The notes under the pieces were generated by a model, which worked only from the letters and a program-made list of their open reading frames with translations, did not search any database and was not told the origin of the DNA. The position numbers and the translations under genes were made by a program. This document shows, in pieces, positions 22,825 through 34,800 of a DNA stretch of 64,000 nt. The DNA comes from Bilabrum cf. latius (lineage: Eukaryota). Every line of letters begins with the position of its first letter. Positions within the stretch are counted from its first letter, which is position 1. The stretch spans positions 2,542,001-2,606,000 of the forward strand of contig OZ237735.1 in NCBI GenBank assembly GCA_965178125.1, read 5' to 3'.

Positions 22825-25800
22825 ATGCTTTGCAGTGGTCTGGGGGCCCGAATTCTGCATTGTCTTCTGTTGCTGCGATTTGGCGTCCTATCTGGCGCAC
22901 AGGTAAGCGATAGTCCCGTGTCCGCGGTCTCAAACAAGTCTACGCATTGAATCTCCCTGCAATATTTGTAGTTTAAGAACTATTGCGAACAGGAATGGGT
23001 CCAGTGCTTGTGTGTCGCGAACTTCTTGTGGTTTCCAGCAAGCATAGAAGCTAAATTCCATCGCAACAGACGATTGTTAGCCCCAAAACATACTACCATA
23101 GTATTTCTACAACACGAGGGGGTTAACGTACACGCTTGTGCGCCATGACGTCAATGAACATGATTCTCACCTTTGGAACCAACGACTACAAATATCGCAG
23201 TCTCCTACACCATCCCCTGGCTGGGAGTCGGCCGTGACGGGGCCTATGGGCTTCTCCATGCACAACAGCACCGCGCTGAACGTGACTGCGCCATCCTGCT
23301 CCGGGCTGGCGGCGGCGCTGGCTTCGGGCTAGACCGTGGAGCTGGGCCGCACGATGGTGGTGCTGGGCGACCTGGACGGGAATGGCGTGCTGGACGTGGC
23401 CATCGGAGCGTCTGGTGGGGACGGCGCTGTGCACGTGGTGCGACTGGGAGGGCCAGACGGGACGCAGTGCGTGGGGTCACACGGGATCTCGAAGACGTCC
23501 GGGGACATGCCGTCGGGCGTGTTCGCGAAGCCGCGATTCGGGCAGCGCATGTCGGCCCTGGGCGATGTGGACCAGGACGGTGTGCCTGATCTGCTGGTGG
23601 GCACGTCGGGATCCTCTCGAGGCAGCAACGCGCACAAGGGGCAGGCCTTCGTGCTGCTGCTGCGGGCCAACGGCACGGTGCGCGACTACCTGGTGATCGA
23701 CGTGACCGCGTCGAGCCTGGATTACTACTTGTTCCTGGCGTACTTCGGGGAGGGCACGGCCACGATCATGTCGGGAGATGAGGTGGCGGCGGCGGGCCCG
23801 GGGCAGGGCTGCAAGATCGCCATCCGGGAGTATGAAGCCGCCATCGTGATCGTGAATGTGGAGATGAGCGGTGCGGCGCTGGCGCTGGGCACGCACAACC
23901 GGCTGGCGTACTCGGCCGTGGGCGGCACGACCGACGCAGACGACTGGGGCCAGATCATGGCTGGCGTGGGCGACGTGGACGAGGACGGCGTGCACGACCT
24001 GGCCGTGGCTGCACCGTCGCGCGACTCGAACTATGGGTCTGTGTTCGTGATGTTCCTGGACGCGTCAGACGGCGTGAGCAGCTCGGTGGAGCTGTCTCGG
24101 ACGGGCGGGTATCTGAGCCAGTTCGTGTCGCTGGGATCGTATGACCTGGCCTAGGCGTACCAGATGCAGGGCGCCGACGTGGATGGGGACGGGACGCGGG
24201 ACGTGGTGGTGGGCATCCCTCGGCAGGACGCGGTGCTGGTGGTATTCCTGGACGAGAGCGGGCAAGCGCGGGGCGGGCAGCTGGCGAAGGCATCTGAGCG
24301 CGGGTATGGTCTGTCGTACAACACGTTTGGCAGCAGTGTGGGCGCGCTCGGTGACGTGAGCGGGGACGGGCGAGTGGACCTGGTGGTGTGCGACGAGGGG
24401 CAGGGTCAGGTGTCTGTGGTGCGCGTGGGTGTGCGTCCGAGTCCATCACCGGTGAGCGCTGAGTGTGTATGTGTGTGTGTGTGCAAGTGTGGCTAGCTGC
24501 TGCATCATGACGAGTGCCGGGTGTGTATGTGTATGTGTATGAGTGTGTGTTTGTATGCGCTGCAGGGTCTTGCGAACCGCTTGGAAGAGTATGCGATGCG
24601 CCTGGCTGCACTTGTTTGCAATCACGTGTTTCGTGTTGCTAGCTGCCCCCTTGCCCTCTTTCGCGCAGACTCCATCCGTGACACCATCGGCCAGCGCGAC
24701 ACCGAGCAATGTGAGTGCCGCATGTTGGTTGATGCATGATGCCGTGATCGCGTGCATCGAGTACGTATCTAGTCGTGTTGCTGCTGTGTCGAGTGCTTCT
24801 GCCTGTCCCGCAGTCTCCGTCGCCGTCGATCACCCCAACAGCTTCTGTCACGGCGTCCACTACCCCAAGCGCCTCTGTCACACCGTCAACTGGCTGGGAG
24901 TCGGCCGTGACGGGGCCTATGGGCTTCTCCATGCACAACAGCACCGCGCTGAACGTGACTGCGCCATCCTGCTCCGGGCTGGCGGCGGCGCTGGCTTCGG
25001 GCTAGACCGTGGAGCTGGGCCGCACGATGGTGGTGCTGGGCGACCTGGACGGGAATGACGTGCTGGACGTGGCCATCGGAGCGTCTGGTGGGGACGGCGC
25101 TGTGCACGTGGTGCGACTGGGAGGGCCAGACGGGACGCAGTGCGTGGGGTCACACGGGATCTCGAAGACGTCCGGGGACATGCCGTCGGGCGTGTTCGCG
25201 AAGCCGCGATTCGGGCAGCGCATGTCGGCCCTGGGCGATGTGGACCAGGACGGTGTGCCTGATCTGCTGGTGGGCACGTCGGGATCCTCTCGAGGCAGCA
25301 ACGCGCACAAGGGGCAGGCCTTCGTGCTGCTGCTGCGGGCCAACGGCACGGTGCGCGACTACCTGGTGATCGACGTGACCGCGTCGAGCCTGGATTACTA
25401 CTTGTTCCTGGCGTACTTCGGGGAGGGCACGGCCACGATCATGTCGGGAGATGAGGTGGCGGCGGCGGGCCCGGGGCAGGGCTGCAAGATCGCCATCCGG
25501 GAGTATGAAGCCGCCATCGTGATCGTGAATGTGGAGATGAGCGGTGCGGCGCTGGCGCTGGGCACGCACAACCGGCTGGCGTACTCGGCCGTGGGCGGCA
25601 CGACCGACGCAGACGACTGGGGCCAGATCATGGCTGGCGTGGGCGACGTGGACGAGGACGGCGTGCACGACCTGGCCGTGGCTGCACCGTCGCGCGACTC
25701 GAACTATGGGTCTGTGTTCGTGATGTTCCTGGACGCGTCAGACGGCGTGAGCAGCTCGGTGGAGCTGTCTCGGACGGGCGGGTATCTGAGTCAGTTCGTG

Positions 25801-28800
25801 TCGCTGGGATCGTATGACCTGGCCTAGGCGTACCAGATGCAGGGCGCCGACGTGGATGGGGACGGGACGCGGGACGTGGTGGTGGGCATCCCTCGGCAGG
25901 ACGCGGTGCTGGTGGTATTCCTGGACGAGAGCGGGCAAGCGCGGGGCGGGCAGCTGGCGAAGGCATCTGAGCGCGGGTATGGTCTGTCGTACAACACGTT
26001 TGGCAGCAGTGTGGGAGCGCTCGGTGACGTGAGCGGGGACGGGCGAGTGGACTTGGTGGTGTGCGACGAGGGGCAGGGTCAGGTGTCTGTGGTGCGCGTG
26101 GGTGTGCGTCCGAGTCCATCACCGGTGAGCGCTGAGTGTGTATGTGTGTGTGTGTGTGCATGTGTGGCTAGCTGCTGCATCATGACGAGTGCCGGGTGTG
26201 TATGTGTATGTGTATGAGTGTGTGTTTGTATGCGCTGCAGGGTCTTGCGAACCGCTTGGAAGAGTATGCGATGCGCCTGGCTGCACTTGTTTGCAATCAC
26301 GTGTTTCGTGTTGCTAGCTGCCCCCTTGCCCTCTTTCGCGCAGACTCCATCCGTGACACCATCGGCCAGCGCGACACCGAGCAATGTGAGTGCCGCATGT
26401 TGGTTGATGCATGATGCCGTGATCGCGTGCATCGAGTACGTATCTAGTCGTGTTGCTGCTGTGTCGAGTGCTTCTGCCTGTCCCGCAGTCTCCGTCGCCG
26501 TCGATCACCCCAACAGCTTCTGTCACGGCGTCCACTACCCCAAGCGCCTCTGTCACACCGTCAACTGGCTGGGAGTCGGCCGTGACGGGGCCTATGGGCT
26601 TCTCCATGCACAACAGCACCGCGCTGAACGTGACTGCGCCATCCTGCTCCGGGCTGGCGGCGGCGCTGGCTTCGGGCTAGACCGTGGAGCTGGGCCGCAC
26701 GATGGTGGTGCTGGGCGACCTGGACGGGAATGGCGTGCTGGACGTGGCCATCGGAGCGTCTGGTGGGGACGGCGCTGTGCACGTGGTGCGACTGGGAGGG
26801 CCAGACGGGACGCAGTGCGTGGGGTCACACGGGATCTCGAAGACGTCCGGGGACATGCCGTCGGGCGTGTTCGCGAAGCCGCGATTCGGGCAGCGCATGT
26901 CGGCCCTGGGCGATGTGGACCAGGACGGTGTGCCTGATCTGCTGGTGGGCACGTCGGGATCCTCTCGAGGCAGCAATGCGCACAAGGGGCAGGCCTTCGT
27001 GCTGCTGCTGCGGGCCAACGGCACGGTGCACGACTACCTGGTGATCGACGCAACCGCGTCGAGCCTGGACTACTACTTGTTCCTGGCGTACTTCGGGGAG
27101 GGCACGGCCACGATCATGTCGGGAGATGAGGTGGCGGCGGCGGGCCCGGGGCAGGGCTGCAAGATCGCCATCCGGGAGTATGAAGCCGCCATCGTGATCG
27201 TGAATGTGGAGATGAGCGGTGCGGCGCTGGCGCTGGGCACGCACAACCGGCTGGCGTACTCGACCGTGGGCGGCACGACCGATGCAGACGACTGGGGCCA
27301 GATCATGGCTGGCGTGGGCGACGTGGACGAGGACGGCGTGCACGACCTGGCCGTGGCTGCACCGTCGCGCGACTCGAACTACGGGTCTGTGTTCGTGATG
27401 TTCCTGGACGCGTCGGACGGCGTGAGCAGCTCCGTGGAGCTGTCTCGGACGGGCGGGTATCTGAGTCAGTTCGTGTCGCTGGGATCGTATGACCTGGCCT
27501 AGGCGTACCAGATGCAGGGCGCCGACGTGGACGGGGACGGGACGCGGGACGTGGTGGTGGGCATCCCTCGGCAGGACGCGGTGCTGGTGATATTCCTGGA
27601 CGAGAGCGGGCAAGCGCGGGGCGGGCAGCTGGCGAAGGCATCTGAGCGCGGGTATGGTCTGTCGTACAACACGTTCGGCAGTAGCGTGGGAGCGCTCGGT
27701 GACGTGAGCGGGGACGGGCGAGTGGACCTGGTGGTGTGTGACGAGGGGCAGGGTCAGGTGTCTGTGGTGCGCGTGGGTGTGCGTCCGAGTCCATCACCGG
27801 TGAGCGCTGGGTATGTGTGTATGTGTGTGTGTGCGCGCATGTGTGGCTAGCTGCTGCATCATGACGAGTGCCGGGTGTGTGTGCGCATGCGTGTGAATGA
27901 TTTGGTTGGCTGGGTATCGTTGGCAGTGGAGTTTGTGAACCATCGCGGATTCTATATGTGCATTGATTTGGTATGGCTGCTGTGGTATCCGGTTTGCGGT
28001 GTGCGTGGTTCATTCCTCGGTTACCATTTAAGTGTTAGATCACCCTCGCAGTCATCATCGCCAACGCCGAGCACCTCGGCATCTTAGGTAAGCACCTAGT
28101 CTCTCTGAGTGTTTATTGCACTTATGCGGTCAAGATTAGCTCCCTATTGTTTCATTCCTTGCTTGCATCTCGCAGTCCCCAAGCACAACTCCCAGTGCTA
28201 GCGTGAGTCCGACATCAACTACTTCACCCACCCCCTCAACCACAAGTACCAGCAGTGCCACTCCGTCTACAACTACAACTCCCGTAAGTCTCTGGTGATA
28301 GTGTGCCTGAATTTGCACTTGATAGTTGGTATCAACAGCAAGTTTTTCAACTGCACTGATCCGGTCCTTAAGCTGCATGCTTGCCCATTCTCGTCGCGCA
28401 GACCGCAAGCCCGACCCCTAGCCCCTCTAGTTCACCAGTCAAGGTGATAAGTCGCGTTAGCATCGACCTGACAACCATTGACTACTGTGATGGAGCCGTT
28501 GTGTTAAATGCGTCAAGTTCAGGCTTGTCACGTGACGTTGGCATGTTCAGTCCAGTGTACAGGTGGGGTGTCCGCCTTGTGTCTTCAAGTTCCGGCGCAT
28601 CGTCACAGCTAGTCTCAGCTGTAACTTAGCTGGACCGTGCACTTGGATTCTTGGCATGGTCTGAACATCCGGTGTTGCGGCTGGAACCGGTACCATCTGC
28701 GACGGTGCTGCAGCACTACCAGAGCAACCGCACCACGGCTATGAACGAGTCCACCTCGTGGCTACTACCACAAGTTTCAATCGGCAACACGGCAGTGTTG

Positions 28801-31800
28801 CAATTTATTGTCCTGGTATCAAATGCATCAGTGTTATAGCAAGCTCAGAATGACAGTATTTGGGGCTATTCGCTCAACGATACTGAAGTGGCGTCTGCGC
28901 AGCTTGAGCTGCACGGCACGCCACGAGTCGTGCTCAAGCAACCAAAGCTCGCTGTGGTCGTCGGTAGACATCAGCCCATCTCTGTCAACCCGACGGCATC
29001 CCTGTGCTGGGGGTCAATCGGATCCGCAGAGGCGGCAGAAAGCGTGTCTGCTGGGTTTACCTGGTAGTTTGTGGGTTCCGTTCATCACGTTGGTGCGAGT
29101 GCAACGCCATCGGACATGCTGGAGGCAGTCAATGCGTCTCTTCACGAGTTGCATTCAGATAAATCAAGCGCTGGCTCCACGACACAGCAGTACGCTGGGT
29201 TTGACAGAGATTCGGCGAGGTTGGCGTTGCTTTCAAAGTATGGTCAGCACACTGATGCGCACTACGTCAACCTGACCGATCTTGCGCTGCAACCTGACTC
29301 ACAGGCAACTAGTCCTTTAGAAGGCGTCAAGTTATATGTGCCCCGAAGTGCTTTGCGGCCAAATCATGGATACATCTTTGCTGTTCGGTGTGAAGTATGG
29401 TTTCGCGGATCCAGTGGAACCTTTGAGCGTATGCTCATTGGATCTCATCACCCTGTGTACGCCCCGGGGCAGTCTCCGGGGCACACGTTTGGTCTTGTGG
29501 CCATCGGTGTTCGCAGAACTGCGATAGCGGTGCCAGTAGATGGTGGTGATCGAACTGTCTCTCCAGATAGTAGCCTCGTGATCCGAGCAGGGCGACAGGA
29601 TCAGGCCGTAGACTAGGACTATCAGAGCAGTCAAACCGCAGTCGATCGAGGCTACGACGGAACAGAATACGATGCCGTGCAGGTGTTCCAGTGGACTTGT
29701 TCTGCATGGCTGGGAAACTCTGCATCCGATTGTAGCCAGCTTGTTCCGGGTGCAGGACAACCCACAACTGAACGTGAGTCCAGCCTGTCGTCGGCCCAGC
29801 TGGCTCCACTGGCTGGCGGCAGACTCATGCTCAATCTATCAGTCCATGCAGGATTGGTCGCTAGAGAAGCTTCCAGTGCAGCCGGACAACGGAGACTTTA
29901 GCAGCTTGCAGAGCCTGCATCGATGAATTTCACCGCGGCATCGCTCTCGGTCAGCCACTCTACTGCGACCGTCTCCGTGGCCACTCCCGGAGCGCCTGCT
30001 GTGGAGATCATGACAGATCGAACAAAGCACGCGAGGACTGCAGCCGAAGGGGGTGCGGTTATTGTGTCTGCTTCATCAAGGCTGGTCTTGGATGCCATAA
30101 TCAATAACGAAGCCACCATCGGTGCGAGCGTGGACGATAACTCTGATGTACTGTGGCACCAAACCGCGGGTCCGGTTCTCGCCGGTGTCCCGCAAGGTCC
30201 TCAGCGAGACTACCTAGACCTAGCACCCGGCGCGTCAGATCCGATCTTGACAACCTCATCTTCTTCTTCGTTTGTGCTGAGATCAGGAGTGCTGGTCCCC
30301 GGCGAGACGTATTGGTTTGCTGTCTCAATCAGCACCAACGCAGGCGCTGGTACTGCATCTGGAGCGGCCTCACAGGCAGTGGTACGCATCTTTGTCAACT
30401 TGCCACCTACTCCTAGGTCCATTAGCTTTGCTTTGCTTGCATCAGAAGTGTCTAGCTTTGCGCCAACTGACTCGGTTGACGGGGGCTCGACACGGCAGGT
30501 GCCACGGGTTCTTATTGACACCGTGACAGTAAGCACCCCTCCGTGGAGTGATGACTCAGAGCACCTCCCTATTCTGTACTCTATGTACCTAGACACACTC
30601 GGGGAGCTGAGTGACCTCAATTCCAGCAGCATATCGCTGGATGAGGGGCAGGTGGAGGCTGTCATCAACAGACCAGGTGTAGTCGCGCTGCGGGGACCCG
30701 GCATCGAGCCTTCGTTCCAGACTGTAATTCCGAAGGGACCCACCGAGAATGGCGGGCCGCAAGTGACGATGACCATGATCATAATCGGGACTGACGCGCT
30801 AGGGGCACAAGGTATTGCTGCCGCTCGGTTTTAGATTCGTCCGGCTCTAACCGCCGAGGAAGCTGCGAACCCGTCATTTGTGGAAGGCGCTGCGTCCTCG
30901 TTGTTTGATCGCGCCATGCAAAGCGCAGCAACTGCGAATCCAGAGCAAGCTGTCGCACTGATAGGGTCTTCTGCAGGATTGCTGAACGAGATCCCGCCTG
31001 GAAATTCAATCGACGACTCAGACGGCGCGCTGAGGCGCTCTCTGTTCCGTGAACGACTCTTGGGATTGATGGGAAATGTCGCCCTTACGCTGGAAGTGAG
31101 CGGGCCGAACATCCAGCTTGCATCCGCATCAACGCAAGAAGTGCTATCGCAGCCAGAGTCTGTATCAAATGGCTCAATAAATCTGGCTTTGGATGCGACA
31201 GAAGTACTGCTTCGCAGACGCGGTGACACGGAAACAAGCGAGGACTCACTAGGCGATGGGCCTGGAAGGTCCGTACTGGACATGTTTCGGGTCGCATCGA
31301 ATGCAGGGCTACACCTTACGAACGGAAGTGGGATTCTAGGTTCAGAGCGAGTGTCGAATCAGTCGCAGATGCTGACTCGCGCTCTGCTAGAAGGGGCGGT
31401 GCCTGGAGAAGCGCAGAGAGTAATCTAGTCGGGAACTCAGAATCGATCTGTAGGGCTGCGGTTAGTGGCCGGGCGCATCGATACAGGTAGTGCAATGCTA
31501 GAATCAGGCACAGCAGCTCAAGGCGGTGGCGGGGTCTTGGCTGCGGTTGGTTTGTCGGGGACTACCGTGGACGGAGTCTAGCAGGCCGCAGCTGCGTACT
31601 GTGGTGGCTCTGTGCCGGCTCTTAACCTGACTGCCGCAGAGCTGCGCGCTGCGAGGGCAGCTGCATAGGACCCCGAGACCTTCGGTGTGGCTCTTGTTGC
31701 TGCTGCTGGTACGGGTCCCTCCAGGCAGCGCCTTATGCAGCAAGCAGTCTTACTGGATGAAGGCGTTGATGCAACTGTGATGAAGTGGGATGTCCCGTCC

Positions 31801-34800
31801 AGTGACACAGAAGGGGGATCACCCCATCCGCTAGACAACGCCGGTATCGAGCCAGTATTTGATATCAACGGGAATGTGGTACGCACTTCGGACACCTCCG
31901 ACCTACCTATCAGTGTACCGCCCGGTGTGCAGGTGAACCGCACATCCGAGGTCAGTGTCGAGCAGCTAGAGGGCTCGATTGGCTCAACTGTGACCGTGGA
32001 ACTAGTCCGAGCAGGCAGTTCCGAGCCAGTAAATTTTGCCACCAATCTGCAAGCATGTGTATTTGTGCCCCATCCTCAGGAGGATGCGGCGTGGTTTGAC
32101 CAAGACATCGAGATCGATGAAGTTCCCGTGATCCCATTGGTGCCAGGCGATACGCAGCGGCAGGTTGGAGTGTCGCTCGAATATGACCCGGTGGCTGCAT
32201 TGCAGCTCCCGCACTCATGCGCAGACACGCTGAGCGCAAATTAGACAGAGCAATAGTTTGAAGCGAGCCAAGTTCTGCAGGCAACGGCGTGCATCTTCTG
32301 GGATGAGACTACCCAGACGTGGTCGGCAGACGGATGCGAAGCAGTGGCAGTCCTCGGTACAGGCGTGGTCTGCAGGTGCAGCCATCTCACTAATTTTGCC
32401 GCTCGTGTGGAGCTCCTGCGCTCGTCCAATCGAGAAGTGTTTGCAGTCGGGGCCCAGAGGCGCACTGCACAAGACGTGCGGGACAACCCCGAGGTGTTCA
32501 TTGCGGTGGGGGCCATGACACTCGGCATCATCATTGCTGCAGTGTGCTCCGTTTGGATAGAGAATCGCGACAGAATCCGCTTCAGCCGAAGACTCGTCAA
32601 GGACCCGGAGGTTGGTATCGTAAGGGATATGGTTCGGCTGGAGGGCAGCGGCGAAGTCTTGCACACTGCACTGAGAGATTGGGAATCTGGTATGCGCAAT
32701 AGTGAACTGGGACTTACCGAGGAGAAAGCCCTGGAAAAGAAACTGGATAGAGCTCTCACTGCCACCATCGACGCGCTTCAAGCGGTTGGTGGCTTGGCTG
32801 GAGTACAGCCGTCTGCAGCAGGGAGCAGAAAGAAGTCAAAGGCCAGGTCCAGCTTTCCCGAATTCGAGAGCAAGCTGCCAGGGACGCGCGTGTTCTTAGA
32901 GCAGGAATATTTGGCAGTGCTAGCGCAGAGGAACGAGCGCGATTGCAGCGACAGCGCTTGTTCCGGGTGCTATGCAGCATGCTGCAGCACCATGCCAGCC
33001 GAGGACGTGAAAAGCACGGGCAACAGTTCAGACACGCAGGCCTCCCAGAACCTTTCATCGACCGGCAGCAGCTTGCAAGCCATGTACAGAGGGATAGTTC
33101 GAGAATCGAATCACAGCTCTGGTGAGCTGGACCAGTCGAGCCGTGGCGCCGGCAAGGGCGTCCGCCGCAAGGCTGGGTCAGCGAAGCGAGGACCTCCGTA
33201 GGCTCATACGGAGAGTAGAGGGGCTGAGTACCTGTCGCAGCTTAACCCATGCCAGCGGGCATGGGTCATGAAGTGTGACATTCTCAAGCTGTGGTGTTCG
33301 CGGCTGCCGTTTGAGCACGTCTTCCTGGCAGCATTTCTTCGGTTTGACTACCAGCAAGATAGGACCATGCGACTGGGCTAGCTGCTTGCCGTCGTCTTCA
33401 TCGGGATGTTCACCACTGCTTTCTTCTACAGCGTCTCCGGTGGCACTGCAGCTGGGATAGATGCGGATTGCGACGGAATTGACGACTTTGCAGAGCCCGC
33501 GCTCTGGGAACAGCTCGTCTTTGCTGCTGCCTCATCAGTGCTATAGCTACCGGCGTCAGTTCTTCTGACAGTACTCTTTGGTATGGCTGGCAACGCATGT
33601 TTCATGTGGAGGTACTTTCCAATTTGGCGCGAGCTGGAGCTGCGCAAGGTGGCAGAGGTCCACCTGGGCTCCAAGGTGGGTGACCTGAGGAGGAAGCTGC
33701 AGGTTATGCAGACATCGCTGGCAAACTGGCTTCAGACCACCACCGAGCACGTCAGCCCCGATGATTTTGATCAGCTTCGCATGGTTTGCGAGCTGCTGGG
33801 TGACGATCGCGCCGAAGAGATAGTGGACGAAGTGCTTGAAGGGCGGAGGGCGATTGCATCCGGCCGTTTCGCAGAACAAGTGGATGAAGCCAAACGATTC
33901 GGAGCCGGTGCCGCAGATCAAGTCGTTGCAGATGCTCCGCCGAGCCACTTGACCGTGTCACGATAGTCCTCTATGGCCGACATGCGATCCCGGGTGCACG
34001 AAACGAGCGTTCGACTTAGGCTGCTGCGAGCAATCAGGGACTACGGAGATTTTCTGGCTTCATCCTACAGGTCTGAGCTGAGCTGTATGGGATTTATCTG
34101 GTCTTGGCGCTGCGGCGAACTCTCGTGCTGCCGAAGCTAGCGGTACCAGGAAGTGGAAGCATCGCACCATCGCGTCATTGGCATCTTTGCTGCCCAGCTT
34201 GCTGACATGAAGGCATCCAGGGGGGGCAACGTTGGAGTGCTGGCGAAAAAGTACGCCAATGCTGCGCACTCTGCTTTGATCGAGAGCGCCGACAGCAAGC
34301 GCACGGATTTGGCGAAGCTGTTTATGCCTGTCTTGGTGCTTGCGGACGTGTTCAACCCGGCAGCACTGGGCTGGACCAAGGCACCTTCGACTTGCCGTGC
34401 CTGCTGCCCTTGTTTCGTGTGGTGCTACAACCGCATGCCGAGCCAGGAACCGCTCTTCTTGGTACAACAGCTCGCTGCTGACGGCAGACCCTACGGTTGC
34501 TGTCACACCAGGCGCGACTCTCGAGCAGATCCAACGCAGGACTGGATTGCAGCGGTGCGGGCCGATGAAGAAGAGCACCCGCCAATCAAGCTGCAGCACG
34601 AGGCTGACGCAAGCGCAGAAATTGAGCTGCAGACACAATTGCAGGGTGCTGATGTGCACCGCGCGGCAGTCTCGGCGGTGGCGGACTCGGACGGCCGCCA
34701 CTCCGGTGACATGCACATCGGACCGGCCGCAGTTCCGATGGTGGTTCCGTCTTCCAAGATCCGGGAAGGTGTGGCCGAGCATAAGAGTTGTGCATGGTGC

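Noticed and set aside
23219-27880. Repeat as a transposon/LTR element or CRISPR array
   Set aside because: The units are exon-intron modules of a host gene; there are no terminal repeats, transposase, reverse transcriptase or spacer structure.
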